Below are positions 8,344-18,399 of a stretch of DNA of 50,210 bases, in pieces. Positions within the stretch are counted from its first letter, which is position 1. Each line of letters begins with the position of its first letter. The position numbers and the translations under genes were made by a program. This DNA comes from Dehalococcoidia bacterium (lineage in GTDB: Bacteria > Chloroflexota > Dehalococcoidia > WHTO01): contig WHTO01000004.1 of the NCBI GenBank assembly GCA_009377665.1, forward strand, positions 1 through 50,210, written 5' to 3'. The notes beneath the pieces are model-generated. The model made no database searches and was not told the origin of the DNA. It saw only the letters and a list, made by a program, of their open reading frames with translations.

Positions 8344-9660
8344 CTACTCGACGACCAGCGTCCCCATCATGTCCGCGGGGTGGGCCTGGCAGTTGTAGAG
8401 GTAATCACCGGGCTCGGAGGGAGCGGTGAATTCAAGGCTCTGCTCTATCGGTCCGATCGCAAGCTCGGTCGCGGCCAGTGCCTCGGCGCCGGCCTCGGCT
8501 GATGGATAGAAAGCGATGTTGTGCGACAACGCGCCCTGGTTGTCAAAGGTAACGCTCAACTCCTGGTCCGGCGCCACGCCGGTGATGGTCGTCTGCTCGA
8601 AGAAGCTATCCCCACCGGCCACCGTGACGGTTCCGTCCTCGCCGACCTCGGCTGCTGCGCCGTCGTCGCCGTCGTCCGCGCCGGGTTGGACCGGATTCTG
8701 ACCGCACGGGGGAATGCCCGTGGCCCCCAGGATCGAGGATTCATCGGTGGGGTCCGGCGCTTCCGGCGGCGTGTTGAGGATCTCGGTGCCCGCCGCGTGA
8801 TCGGCGGCCGTCGTGCCCTGGTAGCCGCGAACGATCACGAAGTCATCGATGGTCGGCTGAGGGCCGGGCTCACCCGTGTCGCCAGCAGCGCTTGGCACAT
8901 CCTCGCCTTCGGTTGGGGCCTGGGGCGTTGAGGCGGGAGTTGCTTCTTCTTCGGCGTCGCCGCCTTCCTCGTCGCCCTCCTCTTCTTCAGCCGCGGCCTC
9001 CTCCTCGGCTGCCGCCTCTTCTTCGGCGGCCTGCTGGTCAAGCATCTCCTGGGTGGTGACGAGGATGAACTCGTCCTCGATGCGGTAGCGGACGCCCACG
9101 GCGATGGTGGCGATGTCGTCTTCCGAGGCGTCGAGCTCGGGGAAGCTCGTGGCGTCGGCCGGGAAGTCCTCGGCCAGGAACACGCCGGCGCCGACGCGGT
9201 CTACCTCGCGGCCGTACTCAACCACTTCCTCCCAGACGTTGTCGGGGTTCTCGGTGATCAGGACGATCAGCTGGCGGATCTGCTCGGGGGTCAGCGAGCC
9301 GCCCTCGTCGATGGACCAGGCGGGCATCAGAGTGCCAACCCGCCCACATTCGATAGTGGCGCTGAAACGTCGCTGGATCGCCTCCAGCTCGGTCGTCGAT
9401 TCTGGTCGCGCCGAGTCGATGTTCAGCGGGACGCCGGGGAAGGCCTGGGCATTCTCGACGAGGCCCTCGCCCTGGAGTCCGTGACAGGTTCGGCAGTTCT
9501 GCACAAAGAGGTGGGCGCCACGCTCGCCAGCTTTGTGCAGTTGCTCGTCGGCCGCGGTTTCCGCGCGGCTGGTGTCCCAGATCGAATAGCCGAACATGAC
9601 GACGATCGACACGAAGATCAGGCCGACCATTATCTGGATCTGCGTGCCCGTCCTGCTCAT
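8344..9660 (-). CDS. Membrane-anchored monoheme cytochrome c fused to a C-terminal cupredoxin domain
   Basis: It has an N-terminal TM (IMVGLIFVSIVVMFGY), a heme motif CRTCH (residues 56-60) with a distal GTLMPAW, and an acidic low-complexity linker AAEEEAAAEEEAAAEEEEGDEEGGDAEEE. The C-terminal cupredoxin carries SHNIAFY and YLYNCQAHPADMMGTLVVE. Confidence 0.85.
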   Translation of the reverse strand: MSRTGTQIQIMVGLIFVSIVVMFGYSIWDTSRAETAADEQLHKAGERGAHLFVQNCRTCHGLQGEGLVENAQAFPGVPLNIDSARPESTTELEAIQRRFSATIECGRVGTLMPAWSIDEGGSLTPEQIRQLIVLITENPDNVWEEVVEYGREVDRVGAGVFLAEDFPADATSFPELDASEDDIATIAVGVRYRIEDEFILVTTQEMLDQQAAEEEAAAEEEAAAEEEEGDEEGGDAEEEATPASTPQAPTEGEDVPSAAGDTGEPGPQPTIDDFVIVRGYQGTTAADHAAGTEILNTPPEAPDPTDESSILGATGIPPCGQNPVQPGADDGDDGAAAEVGEDGTVTVAGGDSFFEQTTITGVAPDQELSVTFDNQGALSHNIAFYPSAEAGAEALAATELAIGPIEQSLEFTAPSEPGDYLYNCQAHPADMMGTLVVE

Positions 9661-9721
9661 ATCCCTCCAGCGATCTCCTATCTCTTAAGTCAACGTCCCG
9701 GGCCGTCCGGTTGGAATCGGC

Positions 9722-10666
9722 TCAGGCGCTATAGGGCGTCGTGCGCAGGGCGTTGTCCGTGGAGCCCAGCGTTATCTGACCTGTCTGCACGATGAGGCTG
9801 CCATCGTCCTGCGGTTCGATTGCCATGGTGTCCATCGGCCGTGGCGCCGGGCCGAAGACGCGTATGCCCGCTTTGGTGTAAGTCGAGCCGTGGCACGGGC
9901 AGCGGAACCAGCCGGTCGCGCCCTGGAAGGCAAACGCCGGCCTGTAGGGCACGGTGCAACCGAGATGCGGGCACTTCTGATAGAGCGCAAGGAGGCCCCC
10001 CTCCTCGCTGGGATCCCCGAAGCCGCCGAAAGCGCCCTCACCAGGCGCCAGGTTGACCAGGTAGAACTTGCCGGTCAGAACATAGAGTGGAGCGTCACCC
10101 TGCTGGGGCACCTGGGCCCCGCTGACCGCAATCGGCCCTCCGAACCCCTGCACGTTCAGCGGGAAGAGGTTCTCCTTGGTGCAATAGCCGATGCCGGCGA
10201 TCGACATCCCCATCGTGCCCCAGAAGCCCGCTCTCATGAAAGAGCGACGCGAAAGGGTTGCGCGGCGCTCCTCTTCCTCGCGAATCGGGGCGAGCGCTGC
10301 GCGCTCGGCGCGGCGCTGGTCGGCAACGGTCTGGCGGGCGGCGCCGCCGGCAAGCTGCCAGCCCGCTGTCTGGCCGGCGGGCGGCATCGAAGGCTCGGTT
10401 GTCGCCTCGGCTGCCGGCACGTCTGGCGTGGCGTTCTGCACAGAACTGGGCGAGTCGGGCTTGCCCGCCTCGCTGGTAGCGGCGCTCGTGGCAGCCTTGT
10501 CGGGGGGATTTACCTCCTCGGCGGGCTTGCCGGCCTCGAACTGCTCGGCGGTCGGGGTCGGCTGGCCCTCCCGGTCGGCGATGTTCCCTTCCTCCCTGGC
10601 AGGAGTACCGGGCTCCTGCTCGGCGTCTGCCGGTGTCCCTTGAGCTTCTCGTTCTTGATCAGTCAT
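9722..10666 (-). CDS. qcrA: Rieske 2Fe-2S subunit of the cytochrome bc-type complex
   Basis: Rieske boxes CPHLGCTV and CPCHGSTY are present. A twin-arginine motif, LSRRSFMRAGF, sits at residues 138-148 after a long low-complexity N-terminus. Confidence 0.9.
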   Translation of the reverse strand: MTDQEREAQGTPADAEQEPGTPAREEGNIADREGQPTPTAEQFEAGKPAEEVNPPDKAATSAATSEAGKPDSPSSVQNATPDVPAAEATTEPSMPPAGQTAGWQLAGGAARQTVADQRRAERAALAPIREEEERRATLSRRSFMRAGFWGTMGMSIAGIGYCTKENLFPLNVQGFGGPIAVSGAQVPQQGDAPLYVLTGKFYLVNLAPGEGAFGGFGDPSEEGGLLALYQKCPHLGCTVPYRPAFAFQGATGWFRCPCHGSTYTKAGIRVFGPAPRPMDTMAIEPQDDGSLIVQTGQITLGSTDNALRTTPYSA

Positions 10667-10705
10667 CTATCGCACCATTTGAGGGGACGGCCTGGCGACC
10701 GCCAC

Positions 10706-11608
10706 CTAGCCTTCATCAACCACAAGGTCCCAGGGCCAGACGAGGGTCTGGCCTGCCCCTCGGAAGAAGCTTCCGACGATAGTAAGCACCCAGAAGATCG
10801 ACATCAGCCCGCTGAAAACGGCGATCGTGCCGTCGCGCACGGTTCGCACCCAGCGCATCTCGTAGAGGATCCAGATCATCAGAATGGCCAGGCCGAACAT
10901 CGTCACGACCGGGATGATCTGTTCGACGAGGATCGCCGGGAAGTTCAAGTTTAGCCCATCCGGATACATGAACTTGTCGATGAACCCGCCGGTACCACCC
11001 GGGAGGTCGTCTGTGTTCATGTCGTTGAAGGGAATCGGTATCTCGCGGCTCCAGTCGGGCCATGGGCCCTCGGAGTCGATCGACCGCCGGTTTTCGAACA
11101 TAGCGAGCGCTTCGGGCCATTCACCGCCGAGCTTCTCAACCACCTGCACGTGCTTGCTCTCGTCGAAGACGATGAGCGCGGTCGTCGCCACGGCGGCGAA
11201 GACGAAGGAGAAAAGCGTGATCTTGACGGCGTTGCGGGTGCCGAACCAGACCCCCTGGCCCTCGTTGCTGCGATCGACATATGGAATGGCGATGAAAACG
11301 ACGAGCGCGATGGTTGGCGCGATGACGCCGGCCAGCCCCTTGTCCATGTGGAGCAAAAGCTCCTGGAGGTTCAAGAAGTACCAGGGAGCCTTGGACGGGT
11401 TGGGCGTTACGTTGGGGTTGGCCTCGTTGAGCAGCGGCGCGTCGTAGATGATGGAAAGCGCGATGAACGTGGCGGTGAAGAGCACGGCGGAGATGAACTC
11501 GATAAAGACGAGATCGGGCCAGACAAGCACCTCTTGCTCGCGCTCGCGGCGCGGGCGCACTTGTGGTGGCGCGGCTGCCACGGCCCGGGGTTCTGCTCGA
11601 ACTGCCAT
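10706..11608 (-). CDS. Cytochrome b C-terminal-domain protein (subunit IV/PetD-like), extended
   Basis: PNPSKAPWYFLNLQELLLH matches the PEWY-region motif of cytochrome b/subunit IV, and there are several TM helices. At 300 aa it has no CxxCH. Confidence 0.9.
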   Translation of the reverse strand: MAVRAEPRAVAAAPPQVRPRREREQEVLVWPDLVFIEFISAVLFTATFIALSIIYDAPLLNEANPNVTPNPSKAPWYFLNLQELLLHMDKGLAGVIAPTIALVVFIAIPYVDRSNEGQGVWFGTRNAVKITLFSFVFAAVATTALIVFDESKHVQVVEKLGGEWPEALAMFENRRSIDSEGPWPDWSREIPIPFNDMNTDDLPGGTGGFIDKFMYPDGLNLNFPAILVEQIIPVVTMFGLAILMIWILYEMRWVRTVRDGTIAVFSGLMSIFWVLTIVGSFFRGAGQTLVWPWDLVVDEG

Positions 11609-11636
11609 TTCTTAGTGCCTCACAACGCCGTGAAGT

Positions 11637-12392
11637 TTAGAGCGGCCTGGCGAGACCTCCATCGCGCCTGATACGCCAGAAGTGGACTGCCATGAAGATG
11701 GCGGCAAGCAACGGCAACGCCAGCACATGCAGCGTATAGAACCGAATGAGCGCCCCCTGTCCGATATCGAAGCCGCCAAACAGGATGAACTGCACGTCGG
11801 TGCCAATCACGGGTGACGACCCGCCGATGCCGTGACCGACCGTGATGGCCCAGATGGCCAGCTGGTCCCAGGGCAGCAGGTAACCCGTGAAGGCGAGAAG
11901 GAGCGTCAACACAAGGAGGATGACGCCCACCACCCAGTTGAATTCCCTGGGCGGCTTGTAAGCGCCGGTGTAGAAGACACGCATCATATGCAGGAACACG
12001 AGCACGACCATAGCGTGCGCGGTCCAGCGGTGAAGGTTGCGCATCAACTGTCCAAAGCGAACGTTGGTTTGAAGTGCGGCAACATCGCTATAGGCGCGGT
12101 TGACGTCGGGGACGTAGTAGAACATCAGCAGCACGCCCGTGACTGTCAGTGCGAGAAACATGAAGAAGGTCAGCCCGCCCAGGCAGTAAGTGTGTGTGAT
12201 TTTGACGTGAGTGCGATGAATTCGCGTGGGGTGCAGGTGGAGGAAGACGTTGGTGGCCACCACCAGCATCTGGTTGCGGGGCGTATTCGGATAGCCGGAA
12301 CGGAAAATGGATCGCCAGACGTAGTTGTGGAAAAGCTTGTCGTAGACCTTTTCCTGCCACGTCTGCCCGCGCGGGCGTTCGGTCACCGCCAT
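11637..12392 (-). CDS. Cytochrome b6-like (cytochrome b N-terminal domain) subunit
   Basis: A four-helix heme-b core with conserved His contexts (NVFLHLHPT, NLHRWTAHAMV, ITVGHGIGG..FYTLHVLALP). Confidence 0.9.
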   Translation of the reverse strand: MAVTERPRGQTWQEKVYDKLFHNYVWRSIFRSGYPNTPRNQMLVVATNVFLHLHPTRIHRTHVKITHTYCLGGLTFFMFLALTVTGVLLMFYYVPDVNRAYSDVAALQTNVRFGQLMRNLHRWTAHAMVVLVFLHMMRVFYTGAYKPPREFNWVVGVILLVLTLLLAFTGYLLPWDQLAIWAITVGHGIGGSSPVIGTDVQFILFGGFDIGQGALIRFYTLHVLALPLLAAIFMAVHFWRIRRDGGLARPL

Positions 12393-12424
12393 CTAACCCT
12401 CAGCCTCCCAAAAGGTCCAGGATC

Positions 12425-12556
12425 TCAGTCGTTCTCGCCCCAGAGTTTGCCGAAGATGACCATCAGCGTCATCGAGAAAAAAATCGTCGCCATGACGGCA
12501 ACGAGTTCGTAGCCTTCGTGGATGTCCTTGACGGGAAACGACAGCAGACCAGTCAT
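12425..12556 (-). CDS. Unannotated 43-aa single-TM ORF at the head of the bc operon
   Basis: My translation gives MTGLLSFPVKDIHEGYELVAVMATIFFSMTLMVIFGKLWGEND then TGA. An RBS, GGGAGGATGTA, precedes ATG 12556, and third positions are mostly G/C. The ORF ends 32 nt before the cyt b6 ATG. Confidence 0.5.
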   Translation of the reverse strand: MTGLLSFPVKDIHEGYELVAVMATIFFSMTLMVIFGKLWGEND

Positions 12557-12822
12557 TACATCCTCCCGGCGCCGGGCCTCGGGCCTCGGCCATCCTCTGC
12601 AAGTTCAGCCCTGCGGTGTCCACTGAACCCTCTCACAGGGGCTGGCATGATTGTGAAAGCCAGCGCAATCGGATTCTCACAGCGACCCTCCGGAGTGTCA
12701 AGAACGGATGACGCCACGGCACCGGGGATGTCCGAGAGGGCGAGTCACGGACTCCTGCACTGACTCCAAAGCCCGATGTGCTGGGATTCAGGTGACAGAA
12801 CGGAAAAAGGAGACCGCAACCG

Positions 12823-13180
12823 ATGACTGACGATCCACGGACGCTCGCAGCCACCTACTTCCGGTCCTGGAAGGACAAGGACTTCGCCGCCCTCCGCTCG
12901 GTGCTCGCCGACGACGCCAGCTTTCGCGGGCCGCTGGGACAAGCGGACGACGCCGAGACCTGCATGCAGGGCCTGAAAGGACTGGCGGAGATCATCACCG
13001 ACATCGTCATCCGCAAGACATTCGTCGATGGTCCTGACGTGCTGACCTGGTTCGACCTCGACACCTCCGGAGCGCCGCCCCTGACAGTGGCGAACTGGAG
13101 CCATGTCGAGAGGGGGAAATACCGCCACGATCCGGGTGACCTTCGACCCCCGCCCTCTCCTCCCCGGCAACGAACGGTAG
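12823..13180 (+). pseudogene. SnoaL/NTF2-like protein with an apparent 1-nt frameshift in a G5 run
   Basis: The N-terminal 99 aa look NTF2-like (TYFRSWKDKDFAALRSVLADDASFRGPLG..). After AGGGGGAAAT (13111-13120) the listed frame turns into a P/R/G-rich tail. The +1 frame instead reads TATIRVTFDPRPLLPGNER then TAG at 13178-13180, a typical family C-terminus. Confidence 0.55.
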
Positions 13181-13348
13181 GCCAGGCCCAGAAGCGCTCA
13201 GCCGGGCTTGTCCGAGCCCCCACTGGCGCGCCCGAAAGACCAGAACCTTCGCGACCCGGGCAGTGGTGGCCAACCGGGTAGACCTTACTCGGTGATTCCG
13301 CGATCCTCAAGTCGACTCCAGACTCCCACTTTCGCTGTGGAGGCTCCC

Positions 13349-14143
13349 ATGCTTAAGTACCTCATCGCACTTGTGCTTACCCTTTCCGTCACCGCCGCTG
13401 CCTGTGGCGACGACGATGATGACGACGACGGCAACGGCGGTGGCCTGGTGACGGCCGAGGAAACCAATGAGGGCGATGGTGACGGAGAAGCCACGGACGA
13501 GGTAGCCGACTTCGTCGAGGGGAACGAAGTCGAGGACCGCGAGAACGACCTCGTCGACCTGCTCTCGCTCGTGCCATCCCGTGACTTCGAGGTCGAGATA
13601 CCCGAGGACATCGCGGCGGCGACCGACATCATCCGAGCCAGCGTCGTCAACGAGGGCGCCGACATTGTGATGGTCATGGAGCTGCGTGGCGACGTCGTCG
13701 CGGCGGAGGACTACGTCCAGGGCTACGATTTTGCGTTCCGGACCCCCGGCGGTGTGTCCGGTGAGCGGGGCGCCTACGAGGGCGCGACGACGATCATCGG
13801 CGCAACGCAGGAGAACGGCGCCTGGGTCGTGCAAAAGAAGCTGGGCTCGGCGCCGCCGGTTACGTTGACGACCGGATCGGTGGCGGTCGAGGGGTCGGTC
13901 GTCACGATCCGCGTGCCCTTCACCGAGGTCATCGCACTGGGCTTCTATGAGTGGCGCGCTGTGACCTTCCACGCGCTGTCGCCCGAGTTCACGCCGGCCG
14001 ACATCGCCCCCAACGACCTCAGCTTCGTGCGCACGCCGTTGCCCGAGCCGGAGGGTGGTGAGGGCGATCCGCCCGACGTGCAGCTAACCCCGGCGGCGCC
14101 TGCCGAGGGCGAGGCCACGGCCGAGCCGACGCCAGCTCCCTAA
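13349..14143 (+). CDS. Acidic lipoprotein, function unknown
   Basis: MLKYLIALVLTLSVTAAAC is followed by GDDDDDDDGNGGG. A GTGGAGG RBS sits upstream of ATG 13349. I trimmed the listed ORF (13208), which overlaps the false tail of the previous gene. Confidence 0.7.
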   Translation: MLKYLIALVLTLSVTAAACGDDDDDDDGNGGGLVTAEETNEGDGDGEATDEVADFVEGNEVEDRENDLVDLLSLVPSRDFEVEIPEDIAAATDIIRASVVNEGADIVMVMELRGDVVAAEDYVQGYDFAFRTPGGVSGERGAYEGATTIIGATQENGAWVVQKKLGSAPPVTLTTGSVAVEGSVVTIRVPFTEVIALGFYEWRAVTFHALSPEFTPADIAPNDLSFVRTPLPEPEGGEGDPPDVQLTPAAPAEGEATAEPTPAP

Positions 14144-14205
14144 CCCGCGCCTTAACACCGGGCCACGAGGCGTCGTCTATCATCGGCGGGCCAGCAGATC
14201 CGCTC

Positions 14206-16331
<2,126 letters not shown>

Positions 16332-16335
<4 letters not shown>

Positions 16336-17819
16336 CCTGCGGGCTCGACGAACGTCAGGTCGGCGCTGAACGCCGACCTGTAGCGCGCTGAAAGGCTTTC
16401 GGCAACGAAGGGTACCGGCGTGCAGGTAATGGCCAAGCCGGCGTCCACAGCCTCGACGGCGACCTGTGTCGAGCCGGTGCGGCCAAGCTCGACAGCCAGG
16501 TCGAGCAGCGTGCTGACCTGGTCTACGAGGCCAACGTCGGTGGCGTGCAGCGGCGGACCGCAGTCGGCGGCGCGCAGACGGAGCCGGCCCTGTGACCCCA
16601 GGGCCGAGGCCAGGAGCATCCATTCGCGGTGGCTGAACCCGGGCATCTCGCGGCTGAGCACGATGTGCTCGGCGCTGCGGGAAGAGCGCTGAAGGCTGAC
16701 GACGTCGCCAAGGCGGTGCAGGCGGGCGGCAATCGGCAGAAGCTCTCTGACCAGGGGATCAGCGGCAGGCGGGGCCTGGACGAGAAGCCCGGCGCAGCTG
16801 TCTACCGCCTCCTGGTATGGGACTTCCCCGGCCACGGCGGCGAGTTGCTCGACGGTGCGGCCGCGGGCGTCGCCTTCGAGCATCCCGGCTTCAGACAGGC
16901 GCTGGTACAACACGCCGTGGCGCACGCCTTCTCCGGAGATCACCAGGTGCTCGACCGAGGCGGCTTTGCAGAACTCTTCGATAGACAGCGCGCCGGCGAG
17001 TATGATGTCGGCGCGGTCGGCGCTCATACCCGGCAACTGCACGCGCTCGGCCACGGAGAGTGAGGCTAGCTGGGCGGTCAGGCGTGTGAGCTGCTTGAGC
17101 GTTAGGTGGTAGCCGTGGGCCCAGGGCAAACGGTAACCGAAGCTGCGCTGGTGAAGCTTGGCGATAGCGCGCGCCGTGCCGCCCACAAAGAGCACGGGCC
17201 GCTCGACGTGGTCCGGCACCTCTGCGAAAAGGTTAGAGAGGTGCGAACGCAGCTTTTGCAACTGCTTGCCGCGCGGCGGATCGGAGCTGATGAAGTCCTG
17301 GTGGAGCAGAAGCGCCCCGGCGGGGAGGCTATCCGCGCGCAGCATGTCCATCCCCTGGTAGGACGCGATCTGCATGCTGCCGCCACCCAGGTCGACAACG
17401 GTCCCACTGGGCTCGGAGAAGCTGTTGGCAGCCGCGACGACGGCGTAGCGAGATTCCTCCTCGGCGGAGGCGACTCGGACCGGCCTGCCCAGCCAGTCGC
17501 TGAAGGCCGTGACCACTGCGTCGCGGTTGCTGGACTGCCTGACAGCTGCGGTGGCCAGGTATACAAACTCGTCGGGCTGGTGGGACTCGGCAATGAAGCG
17601 GAAGGCGGTGAAGGCCTGCCGCGCACGCCGCATGGCGCTGGCGCCGATGGCCTGGGACCTGCGGGGAGGCGCGAGCCTGACCAGCGCGCGCGCCTCTTCG
17701 ATGATCTGGAACCCGGTGCGCGGGCTGAGCACGGCGATGACCAGGCGGCAACTGTTGGAGCCGATGTCGAGGACGGCGACCGTTCGACCGGAGGCGTAAG
17801 CTTGACCAGTAGTCGGCAA
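16332..17819 (-). CDS. ppx: Exopolyphosphatase, Ppx/GppA family
   Basis: VAVLDIGSNSCRLVIA and DLGGGSMQ are ASKHA-fold motifs. Its stop overlaps the ppk stop within the palindrome GCTAGC. Confidence 0.9.
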
Positions 17820-17839
17820 AGCAATCTCCCTGGGCGAGG

Positions 17840-18343
17840 ATGCCCTTCACGGAGGATATCCCACTGGTGCAGCTGATAATCGTGCGTCATGGCCCGGCCG
17901 GCGAACACCTGGACGATCCAGTTGAGGATGCGCGCCGCTCGCTGACGAGCAAGGGGCGCAAGCAAACACGGAGGGCGATGAAGGGCATCGCCAACATCGT
18001 CCCGTCGCCGATGCGGATCCTCACCAGTCCCCTGCCGAGGGCAAGCGAGACGGCTCAGCTTCTGCTGGCCGCGGTTAACCAGGGGCTGATCGCCGAAGAC
18101 GAGAGGCTGGCGCCCGAGGGCGACGGCCGCGCCCTGATCAACCAGATCAAGGATGGTTGGGGCGTGATAGCGATCGTCGGCCACGATCCGGAGCTCTCCA
18201 TGCTGACGTCGATGCTCCCCACCGGTGGGCAAACGACGTTCGTCGCCCTGGACAAGGGCGGCGCCGCGGCGCTGACGTATGCCGGAGGCGTGTGGACACT
18301 GGACTGGCTGGCCACACGCGACCAGCTTGCCGCGCAGCGCTGA
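17840..18343 (+). CDS. sixA: Histidine phosphatase family protein (SixA-like)
   Basis: LIIVRHGPAGEH is an RHG motif, with SPLPRASETAQLL and GHDPELS also present. The real start may be GTG 17867. It is divergent from ppx with only about 20-45 nt between the starts. Confidence 0.8.
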   Translation: MPFTEDIPLVQLIIVRHGPAGEHLDDPVEDARRSLTSKGRKQTRRAMKGIANIVPSPMRILTSPLPRASETAQLLLAAVNQGLIAEDERLAPEGDGRALINQIKDGWGVIAIVGHDPELSMLTSMLPTGGQTTFVALDKGGAAALTYAGGVWTLDWLATRDQLAAQR

Positions 18344-18399
18344 ACTGATGGCCGGCGGCTGACGCGGGGTTGCGCCGCAGCTAATCTGGCGATCAAAAG

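Noticed and set aside
12393-12623. 76-aa ORF listed upstream of cyt b6
   Set aside because: The translation is Arg/Gly-rich with no RBS. A different frame in the same place holds a 43-aa TM ORF with a strong RBS, which I prefer.
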